Positions 17,124-24,509 of a DNA stretch of 24,509 nt are shown one piece after another. The position numbers were made by a program, and so were the translations under genes. The notes beneath the pieces were generated by a model. That model worked only from the letters and a program-made list of their open reading frames with translations, had not been told where the DNA came from and ran no database searches. Every line of letters begins with the position of its first letter. The first letter of the stretch is position 1. This DNA is from Acidobacteriota bacterium (lineage in GTDB: Bacteria; Acidobacteriota; UBA6911; JACQSX01): positions 1-24,509 of the forward strand of contig DASXQR010000199.1 of NCBI GenBank assembly GCA_036507075.1, given 5' to 3'.

Positions 17124-17364
17124 CATCCGAACCGCGCGCGTAAGCCCGGATTATTCATAAACTGCAGGAACTAGCCGCCGATTTACGCGGACAACGCTGA
17201 TGGTATCGGGGTCGAGGGATGGGCGTCGACGCTCGGCGAAACTGACACACTGCAGTGATGGAGCCCATCCCTCGACCCCGATACTAATCCGTGTTTTCCG
17301 TGTAGATCAGCGGCCAATTCTTTCAGTTTATGAATAATCCGGGCTTACGCGCGCGGTTCGGATG
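17124..17364. mobile_element. 241-bp nested inverted-repeat element (MITE/REP-like composite, non-autonomous)
   Basis: Perfect 41-bp outer IR (17124-17164 / 17324-17364), imperfect ~38-bp middle IR, perfect 22-bp inner IR (17203-17224 / 17263-17284) and a 38-nt loop. No ORF. The structure is certain; mobility is inferred. Confidence 0.7.
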
Positions 17365-17447
17365 GCGGGCACGGCCAGGGACGGCACAAACCAATCCACC
17401 ACCTAAAAAATCAATCTTTATCCTCGCTATCACCTTTCTGGTTTAGT

Positions 17448-18164
17448 ATGGGTCTTCTAAACCCGACTCGCATACCCGTGAACACGCCACTTTCCAACCA
17501 GGAACTCGCGGTCCTGCAAAGAATTCCTACCCCCACGATCTCCAACGCCATTGAAAAATTCAACCTGCGGGGCCGCGACAGCGGATTTACATCCGGCATT
17601 CACTGCCTGTTTCCTGAACTGGGCGCGGTTGTGGGCTACGCGGGCACGGCCACCGTTCGGTCCGCCCGGGCTCCTGCGGGCAACACGCTTCCTCTGCGCC
17701 GCAGATACTGGGAATATTTAAGAGACCTGCCAAAACCAACCATCGTCGTCATGAGAGATTTGGACAACCCGCCGCTGGGCGCTTTCTGGGGCGAGGTAAA
17801 TGCCAATATCCATCGGGCGCTCGGCTGTGCCGGGGTCGTGGTCGAGGGTACGGTTCGTGATTTGGACGAAGTTCGAGGGCTCGGCTTTCACTTTTTTGCT
17901 TCCGCGGTGAGCGTGTCTCACGCCTATGCCCACCTGGATGATTTTGGAAAGCCTGTGCAGGTTGGCGGCTTAACGGTGCAATCAGGCGACTTGATACACG
18001 CCGACAAGCATGGCGTCATGGTTATTCCGCACCAGGTGGCTCGAGAAGTTGCGGCGGCGGCGGCAGAGGTCGAAAAATACGAGCGCCCCATCATATCTCT
18101 CTGCAAGTCGCCTGAATTCTCCATCGACAAATTGGAAGAGTTGTTCAAGCGAGAAGTAATTTAA
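17448..18164 (+). CDS. RraA / HMG-CHA aldolase family protein
   Basis: TPTISNAIE, VVGYAGT, GAFWGEVNA...GCAGVVVEGTVRDLDEV and PVQVGGLTVQSGDLIHADKHGVMVIP motifs. An alternative start is GTG 17478. Confidence 0.88.
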   Translation: MGLLNPTRIPVNTPLSNQELAVLQRIPTPTISNAIEKFNLRGRDSGFTSGIHCLFPELGAVVGYAGTATVRSARAPAGNTLPLRRRYWEYLRDLPKPTIVVMRDLDNPPLGAFWGEVNANIHRALGCAGVVVEGTVRDLDEVRGLGFHFFASAVSVSHAYAHLDDFGKPVQVGGLTVQSGDLIHADKHGVMVIPHQVAREVAAAAAEVEKYERPIISLCKSPEFSIDKLEELFKREVI

Positions 18165-18503
18165 GGGGGACATAATTTAGGGGGGACAGACCCCTTTTTC
18201 CGAATGCGGATTGCGGAATGCGGAATGCGGAATACAAACTTAAATTGAATCTAAATTGGGGACAGTCCCTCTTTTCTCCTGAATCTAAATTGGGGACAGT
18301 CCCTCTTTTCTCCCCTCTTTCCCAGGGGACAGTCCCTCTTTTCTCCCAAAATGATGACGACCTGGCTTGGTGTCTTGGTGGTTCAATTTTTTTTACCACC
18401 AAGGCACCAAGCTCCTGAAGCTTTATACTGCATAAACGGGTGACCGATGACCCATGACCGATGACCTCCATATTCCGCATTCCGAATTCCGCATTCCGCA
18501 TTT
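18165..18503. repeat. Composite repeat island: GAATGCG/CGCATTC inverted heptamer arms enclosing GGGACAGTCCC cluster B, a 9-mer hairpin and a TGACCGA heptamer run
   Basis: Arms 18202-18234 and 18471-18503 are 30/33 complementary. Exact 34-bp tandem duplication at 18246-18313 plus a third core at 18325. Hairpin at 18365-18412. TGACC(G/C)A x4 at 18441-18468. Confidence 0.9.
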
Positions 18504-20898
18504 GAAGCCGGCGTTCGCGCCGGCTGTTCTGCTGCTTTTCTCTTTCGCCTGGGCCCGATGGCAGCCGGCCCTGCTGGCCTTACCCGCTCAAACGCTGGAT
18601 CTGACGCATGCCGTGGTGGTAACGCCGCCGGGGTTGAAGGGGCCCGAAGAAAAGTCCGTTTCCATGCTGCTTGAAGAGGTCGAAAAACGAACCGGGGTCA
18701 GGTGGAAGCGCGCCACAACATGGCCAGCCGGCGCAACGCCGGTCGTTGCCATCAATCGGCCGTCCGCGTTTCGGGAACTGGCGGCAAAGTACCCCAAGGA
18801 GTTTGTACTCGCCAAAGCGAGCTCTCCAAAAGAAGGCTACACACTCCGCACCGGCAGATTCAAGACAGGACCCGCAGCGCTCGTGCTGGGCAACGATCCG
18901 CGCGGCATGCTTTTCGGAGTGGGCCGCCTGCTTCGAACGCTGAGCATGAATCGCGGCAAAATAACCATTCCGAATAATCTGCAACTCACCACCTCTCCTT
19001 ATCACCCGATGCGCGGCCACCAACTTGGATACCGCCCGAAGACGAATTCCTACGACGGGTGGACGGTGGCTGTGTGGGAGCAATACATCCGTGATCTGGC
19101 GGTTTTCGGAACGAATGCCGTGGAGCTGATTCCTCCCCGTTCCGATGACGCCGCAGACAGCCCGCACTTCCCGCTGCCGCCGATGGAAATGATGGTGGAG
19201 ATGTCGCGGCTGCTGGACCAGTACGGGCTGGATGTATGGATCTGGTATCCGGCAATGGATGAAGACTACTCCGATCCGAAAACCGTCGAGTTTGCCCTCA
19301 GGGAATGGGGCGATGTCTTTAAAAAGCTACCCCGGATCGACGCCGTGTTTGTTCCGGGCGGAGATCCCGGCAAGACGCGACCAAAAATCCTGATGGCGCT
19401 GCTGGAAAAGCAGACACACGTACTGCATCGTTACCATCCCAAGGCCCAGATGTGGGTCTCGCCGCAAGGCTTCTCCCGCCAGTGGATGGACGAGTTTTGC
19501 GCGATTCTTGACTCGCAACCGGCCTGGCTTACCGGTATTGTCTACGGTCCGCAAACCCGACTTACGCTCGCGCAGCTTCGCGCGCGCGTGCCGCAACGGT
19601 ACCCGATCCGCCACTATCCGGACATCACACACAGCCGCCAGTGCCAATATCCGGTTCAAGACTGGGACGCCGCGTTTGCGGTGACCGAAGCGCGCGAGGT
19701 CATCAACCCTCGCCCCCTGGCGCAGGCGCGAATCTTTCAGCTTACCCGGAAGGATACGGTTGGATTCATCGCGTACTCGGAAGGCTGCAATGATGACGTC
19801 AACAAAATTATCTGGAGCTCGCTCGGATGGGATCCGGATGCTTCTGTGCCGGGCATCCTTCGAGACTACAGCCGGTATTTCATCGGAGATGGCTACAGCG
19901 ATTCCTTTACGCAGGGTCTTCTGGCGCTCGAAAAGAACTGGCAGGGGCCGGTATTGACCAACGAGGCAATCTACTCCACGCTGCGGCAGTTCCAGGCTAT
20001 GGAGCGTGCCGCGTCTCCCCAGGACTTGAGCAACTGGCGCTTCCAGCAGACGCTGTACCGTGCCTATTATGACGCTTACGTGCGCAGCCGCCTGCTTCAC
20101 GAAACCGCGCTGCAAGACCGCGCCATGAGAAGTCTTCAGGCTTCCCGCCGGCTTGGAGCGTTGATTGCGCTCGCCGACGCGGAGAAGATCCTGGATCAGC
20201 CGGCAAATCCGCCGGCCGCCGAATGGCGAGCTCGCATCTTTGAGCTCGCCGAAGCGCTTTTCCGAAGCATCCGAATGCAACTCAGCGTAGAACGGTATCA
20301 GGCGATTGCCGTGGGACGCGGAGCCAATCTGGATACGCTGGATTATCCCCTCAACAATCGCATATGGTTAAAGCGAAGATTCAAGGAAATCAGGAAGCTC
20401 GATGCCGAATCGGAGCGGCTGGCTCAAATTGACGAGATTGTCAACTGGAGCAACGCAGGAAGCGGCGGCTTTTATGATGATCTCGGCAATCTCATGGCCC
20501 AGCCCCACCTTATAAGAGGCCCGGGATTTGAAAACGATCCGGCTTACTTTGCGAGCAGCCTGGTTTTCTTCGAGCCGCTTCCTGACAATCCCCGGTCCTG
20601 GTGGGATCAGGCTATAGCGCTCTACGACGCTCCTCTGATGATGCGTTATACGGGACTGGACCCCGGGGCGCAATATAAGCTTCGAGCAGTATATGGCGGC
20701 GGGCCCATTCGATTGACGGCGAATGCCGGTATCGAAATCCACCCACTCATCAACTGGAGATACGAACGACTCGAATTCGAGATCCCGCAGGATGCGACTC
20801 GGTCCGGCGAATTGGTATTAAACTGGACAAAAACACCGGGCGAAGGCGGCGCTGGCCGCGGTTGCCAGGTTGCCGAAGTTTGGTTGATCAAGAAGTAG
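18454..20898 (+). CDS. Secreted hypothetical protein with N-terminal GH20b/GH67N-like (zincin-like fold) domain, probable glycoside hydrolase
   Basis: 814 aa with a signal-like hydrophobic stretch. PKEGYTLRT...LVLGNDPRGMLFGVGRLLR followed by P.HPMRGHQLGYRPKTNSYD, a barrel-like domain and a C-terminal beta domain. The start is uncertain (18454 or TTG 18502). Confidence 0.75.
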   Translation: MTDDLHIPHSEFRIPHLKPAFAPAVLLLFSFAWARWQPALLALPAQTLDLTHAVVVTPPGLKGPEEKSVSMLLEEVEKRTGVRWKRATTWPAGATPVVAINRPSAFRELAAKYPKEFVLAKASSPKEGYTLRTGRFKTGPAALVLGNDPRGMLFGVGRLLRTLSMNRGKITIPNNLQLTTSPYHPMRGHQLGYRPKTNSYDGWTVAVWEQYIRDLAVFGTNAVELIPPRSDDAADSPHFPLPPMEMMVEMSRLLDQYGLDVWIWYPAMDEDYSDPKTVEFALREWGDVFKKLPRIDAVFVPGGDPGKTRPKILMALLEKQTHVLHRYHPKAQMWVSPQGFSRQWMDEFCAILDSQPAWLTGIVYGPQTRLTLAQLRARVPQRYPIRHYPDITHSRQCQYPVQDWDAAFAVTEAREVINPRPLAQARIFQLTRKDTVGFIAYSEGCNDDVNKIIWSSLGWDPDASVPGILRDYSRYFIGDGYSDSFTQGLLALEKNWQGPVLTNEAIYSTLRQFQAMERAASPQDLSNWRFQQTLYRAYYDAYVRSRLLHETALQDRAMRSLQASRRLGALIALADAEKILDQPANPPAAEWRARIFELAEALFRSIRMQLSVERYQAIAVGRGANLDTLDYPLNNRIWLKRRFKEIRKLDAESERLAQIDEIVNWSNAGSGGFYDDLGNLMAQPHLIRGPGFENDPAYFASSLVFFEPLPDNPRSWWDQAIALYDAPLMMRYTGLDPGAQYKLRAVYGGGPIRLTANAGIEIHPLINWRYERLEFEIPQDATRSGELVLNWTKTPGEGGAGRGCQVAEVWLIKK

Positions 20899-20899
20899 A

Positions 20900-20963
20900 T
20901 TTCGTGTCCTTTGTGCCTTTGTGGTTAAAAAGGATTCACCACAAAGGCACAAAGGGCACAAAG
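20900..20963. repeat. CTTTGTGCCTTTGTGGT hairpin element (9-mer family variant)
   Basis: Arms at 20900-20925 and 20938-20963 fill the intergenic space between stop 20898 and the GGAGG RBS at 20968. Confidence 0.85.
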
Positions 20964-20976
20964 AACTGGAGGCCGC

Positions 20977-23900
20977 ATGAAAACTGCAATCACCGTCTTT
21001 CTAATAGCCTTTTTTTGCCTGGCGGCAAACCTTCCGGCTGCCGACGTGACGGGCACGATTAGCGGAGTCATAAAAGATCCCTCTGGCGCCGTCGTGCCGG
21101 GAGTGGAGGTGGTCGCCACAAACAAGGGCACCAACGCAGCCTATCGCTCGGTGAGCGACGATATCGGTGTGTACATCATCCGCGGCATCCCGGTCGGCCA
21201 ATACGACCTGGCGGCTCAGTTGGCGGGATTCAAGAAATCCGAAGCGAAGGACATACGGGTCCAGGTCAACGAAGTGGGACGCGTCGATTTGACGCTTTCG
21301 GTGGGGGAAACCTCCGAGACCGTGACCGTTTCCGGCGGGGTGATACACGTCGACACAGAGACGGCCACGCTCAAAACGGTCGTCGATCAGAAAAGAATTG
21401 AAGAACTCCCCCTCAACGGGCGCAACCCAACCCAGTTGATGCGCCTGGTTGCCGGGGTGCAGGCCGACCCGCGAGCCGACGTTCTTTCCGGTACAACCTA
21501 TCCGGGCGTTGTCCCGGTGTCAGTCAACGGCGGCCGCGCCAACACCACCAACTACATCCTCGACGGCGGCCAGAACAACGACCACTACAGTAATGCGCCC
21601 AACCCGATGCCCAATCCCGACGCGCTTCAGGAATTCAGCGTCCAGACCAACAACTTCAGCGCGGAGTTTGGGCGCAACGTGGGCGGCGTTGTCAACGCGG
21701 TGACAAAATCGGGAACCAACAGCCTCCACGGCAGCGCTTTCGACTACCTGCGGAACCACGCGGTGAACGCAGCCAACTATTTCTCCCCCATCGACGCGCG
21801 CGGGAAAAAGCGCGACGACGGCTTGAAGCGCAATCAATTCGGCGGAACGCTGGGCGGCCCTGTATGGCTGGGCAAGCTTTACGACGGCAGGGACAGGACC
21901 TTTTTCTTTTTCTCCTATCAGGGAACGCGCAATCGGCAGACGCCGCTTTCCGTGGAGCGCATCGTTCCCACCGAAGCGCAGCGGCGCGGCGATTTTTCGG
22001 CGCTCGGCCGGCCCCTGAGAAATCCTTTCACCGGCGGGGTCTACCCCAACAACCAGATTCCTTTGTCCGACTTCAACCCTGCCGCCAAGGCGATCCTCGA
22101 CTTCCTTCCCGTCCCCGCCGCCGGCAAAAATACCGTCGCCTTCGCCGTTTTGTCCAACCTGGATGACGATCAGACGATGGTTCGAGGCGACCACAAGCTG
22201 TCCGGAAACAACCAGCTTTCGGCGCGGTTCTGGCTCTCTCAGGCCAACACTCCGGCATTTCTGGACCGCACCAACTATCTGGCGCAAAATACCGGCCGCA
22301 CCTGGCGCAACACCAGTGTTGCCCTCACCGACACGCATACTTTCAGCGCGAGCCTGATAAACACAGCGCTGTTCGGCTTCAACCGCACCAATAATAATAA
22401 TTTCCAGATAATGCCCGCCAAAAGCCTGACTGAGCTCGGCATTAAGATGTACAACGATAAGACTCCTCAGTACCACCTTACGATCAACGGGTATTTTCAG
22501 ATCAACACCGGCGATACAAACACGTTCCTCCGCGATGAGTACCAGGTAACTGACACGGTGCGGTGGTCGCGCGGCCGGCATCAGATCAGTCTTGGCGGCG
22601 AATACGGGTACGGGATCGGCGACATCGTAAACAACTTTCGCGCCAACGGCCAGTTCGGCTGGTCAAACGCGGCGCCGTTCACGGGCGACGCGCTGGCGGA
22701 TTTCCTGGTGGGAAAATTCGCAACCCTCAGCCAGGGGATCGGCGAGTACAAAAAGACGCGGTTTAACATGTTTGCGTTGTTCTTTCAGGATGCGATGCGA
22801 GTCAACCGTCGGCTCACCGTAGACCTGGGCGTGCGCTGGGATCCATTCTTCCCTTACACGGACGTTGACGGGAAGCTGTCGGCATGGAGACCCGGCAAAA
22901 AATCCGAACGGTATGTGAACGCCCCGGTGGGAGTGCTGTATCCGGGCGATCCCGGACTGCCGGACGGCGGTTACGAAACAACATGGCGCAACCTGGGTCC
23001 GCGCGTCGGATTCGCCTGGGACGTGTTTGGCGACGCGAAAACCAGCGTTCGCGGCGGCTACGGAATTTTTTATGACCGCGCCAATACCATTGGAACCAAC
23101 AGCCAGGCGAACCAGGGTCCGTTTGGCACCGTGGTGAACATCAATGGAAATGCGACCAACAGTTTTACCGATCCCTATGCGGGGACGACCAATCCGTTTC
23201 CTGGAACCACCAATCCTCCGCGTGATGTCGTGTTCTTCCTTCCGCATACCGCTTTTGTCTACGAAGAGCATATGCGCAATCCCTACCTGCAGGCATGGAA
23301 TCTCACGCTGGAGCGCGAAATCAAAGGGGACACCATCATCCGCGCGGGTTACGCGGCATCCAAGGGAACCGCGCTGGTAATCGGTCGCGAGGGAAATGCG
23401 GCCGTTTACGCTCCCGGCGCCACGACCGCCACGACGAATCAACGGCGCCCGCTCTTTCCCAACTTTGGAAATGTAACTCTGATCGAACCCACTGGAAATT
23501 CAACCTTTCATTCGCTGCAGCTCACTGCTGAAAAGCGGTTCAGCCGTAGTTTCTCGATTTTAAGCAACTACATGCTGTCGCGAAGCATCGACGACAGCTC
23601 GGCCAATAAAGGCACCGGTACGAGCCGCACCAATCCATTCAACCAGAGATACGACAAGGGACTTTCAGATTTCGATCATGCGCACGTATTCACAACTTCG
23701 GGCCTGTGGGAGCTGCCCCTGCGTCCGGAAAACCGGTTTGTTAATGCGGTTCTGGGAGGATGGAATCTGACTTCAATTGTGACGCTGCAGAGCGGCTTCC
23801 CGTTTACGGTGGGAAGCGGGGTGGACAATGCCCGTACAGGAACGGGCGGCCAGCGGGCCGATTTGATCGGCGAGGCGAAGCTTCCCGACAATCGCAGCCG

Positions 23901-24204
23901 CGGCGAGAAGGTTGCGATGTGGCTCAACAAGAACGCGTTCGCTCCCAATGCCCTGGGAACCTTCGGCAATCAGGGAAGGAACATGTGGCGCGGGCCGGGC
24001 TACGCGGCCGTTGATCTGGGAGTTCAAAAAAGTTTTTATATCACCGAGCAGCTCCGCACCCAATTCCGGTTTGAGACTTTCAATGCGTTCAACCGCGTCA
24101 ATCTGATGGGTCCGAACGCGTCGCAAAACAGCGGCACTTTCATGCGCACCAGCTCGGCCTTCGATCCGAGGATTCTGCAGTTTGCGTTGCGTGTGGTTTT
24201 TTGA
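20977..24204 (+). CDS. TonB-dependent receptor, Oar-like, with N-terminal carboxypeptidase-regulatory-like domain
   Basis: 1075 aa with a signal peptide, GTISGVIKDPSGAVVPGVEV, LPLNGRN, EFSVQTNNFSAEFGR..GGVVNAVTKSGTN, RNQFGGTLGGP, PRVGFAWD and ETFNAFNRVN. Terminal PRILQFALRVVF. GGAGG RBS. Confidence 0.95.
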   Translation: MKTAITVFLIAFFCLAANLPAADVTGTISGVIKDPSGAVVPGVEVVATNKGTNAAYRSVSDDIGVYIIRGIPVGQYDLAAQLAGFKKSEAKDIRVQVNEVGRVDLTLSVGETSETVTVSGGVIHVDTETATLKTVVDQKRIEELPLNGRNPTQLMRLVAGVQADPRADVLSGTTYPGVVPVSVNGGRANTTNYILDGGQNNDHYSNAPNPMPNPDALQEFSVQTNNFSAEFGRNVGGVVNAVTKSGTNSLHGSAFDYLRNHAVNAANYFSPIDARGKKRDDGLKRNQFGGTLGGPVWLGKLYDGRDRTFFFFSYQGTRNRQTPLSVERIVPTEAQRRGDFSALGRPLRNPFTGGVYPNNQIPLSDFNPAAKAILDFLPVPAAGKNTVAFAVLSNLDDDQTMVRGDHKLSGNNQLSARFWLSQANTPAFLDRTNYLAQNTGRTWRNTSVALTDTHTFSASLINTALFGFNRTNNNNFQIMPAKSLTELGIKMYNDKTPQYHLTINGYFQINTGDTNTFLRDEYQVTDTVRWSRGRHQISLGGEYGYGIGDIVNNFRANGQFGWSNAAPFTGDALADFLVGKFATLSQGIGEYKKTRFNMFALFFQDAMRVNRRLTVDLGVRWDPFFPYTDVDGKLSAWRPGKKSERYVNAPVGVLYPGDPGLPDGGYETTWRNLGPRVGFAWDVFGDAKTSVRGGYGIFYDRANTIGTNSQANQGPFGTVVNINGNATNSFTDPYAGTTNPFPGTTNPPRDVVFFLPHTAFVYEEHMRNPYLQAWNLTLEREIKGDTIIRAGYAASKGTALVIGREGNAAVYAPGATTATTNQRRPLFPNFGNVTLIEPTGNSTFHSLQLTAEKRFSRSFSILSNYMLSRSIDDSSANKGTGTSRTNPFNQRYDKGLSDFDHAHVFTTSGLWELPLRPENRFVNAVLGGWNLTSIVTLQSGFPFTVGSGVDNARTGTGGQRADLIGEAKLPDNRSRGEKVAMWLNKNAFAPNALGTFGNQGRNMWRGPGYAAVDLGVQKSFYITEQLRTQFRFETFNAFNRVNLMGPNASQNSGTFMRTSSAFDPRILQFALRVVF

Positions 24205-24225
24205 GTTTGGACATTTTTGGAGAGT

Positions 24226-24314
24226 GGAGAGACGGCCCGAGGGCCGTCTCAGGCGAAGTCGACGGCAGGACAATCCCGCAATATTCCCTGAGACGGCCCT
24301 CAGGCCGTCTCTCC
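24226..24314. repeat. REP-like inverted doublet, copy 2
   Basis: 26-bp arms at 24226-24251 and 24289-24314 with one mismatch. Same family as 44-114; both spacers contain GGCAGGACA. Confidence 0.85.
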
Positions 24315-24360
24315 TCAGAAAATGTAGAATTCCCTGATTGGCGCTGCGAAGCAGTGCCAA

Positions 24361-24422
24361 GACCGCGAAGCGGTCAAAGAAAATAGCCAGGGGCAAGCGC
24401 GTGTTTTGCGCGCCGCCCCTGG
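24361..24422 (+). repeat. 62-bp structured dispersed repeat, copy 2
   Basis: 58/62 identical to 17055-17116. Followed by a further hairpin GACCCTGCAGGGGTC near 24444-24458. Confidence 0.85.
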
Positions 24423-24509
24423 TCGTGCCCCAAAACCAGGACCGACCCTGCAGGGGTCGAAGAATGACGTGGTAACGATGGTTCTGCAAACGATTCTGGC
24501 ACCCTTTCA

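Noticed and set aside
19327..23442. Long antisense ORFs (19327-20280, 21520-22581, 22663-23442) and other shadows such as 9953-10594 and 15057-15728
   Set aside because: They are expected opposite-strand open frames in GC-rich coding DNA, with no recognisable motifs, and lie on top of well-supported genes.
23773..24489. 238-aa minus-strand ORF at the window end, and the similar 16773-17126 ORF
   Set aside because: The shared peptide (GGAQ.TRLPLAIFFDR) comes from the 62-bp DNA repeat and the remainder is antisense to real genes.

Overview
A gene-dense, GC-rich bacterial window. It is most consistent with Acidobacteriota, inferred from an Oar-like TonB-dependent receptor, a VPS10/BNR glycosyl hydrolase, an ECF sigma/anti-sigma/DUF4097 operon and a TrbI-like glycine-zipper lipoprotein. 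It holds about 17 credible CDSs. In order: amidohydrolase, CBS protein, UbiG-like methyltransferase, YncE-propeller/phosphoesterase fusion, lipoprotein, divergent arginase-family protein, a small orphan with a Cys/His motif, VPS10-type hydrolase, small membrane protein, ICMT-family methyltransferase, four-helix-bundle protein, ECF sigma, zf-HC2 anti-sigma, DUF4097 protein, RraA/HMG-aldolase family protein, GH20b/GH67N-like domain protein and the TonB receptor. One further weak Zn-finger-like ORF is listed. I found no rRNA, tRNA, CRISPR or transposase. The most unusual content is intergenic: most spacers carry palindromic repeat elements from several families, including inverted 7-nt tandem arrays, GGGACAGTCCC clusters, 9-mer hairpins, REP-like doublets and a 241-bp nested hairpin. 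The best candidate for an undescribed system is a four-helix-bundle (IVP/Avd-like) gene enclosed by inverted AGGCAGG/CCTGCCT heptamer arrays. The same two-block array occurs in 'empty' form at 2734-2913. All calls come from motif recognition by eye; no database searches were run.
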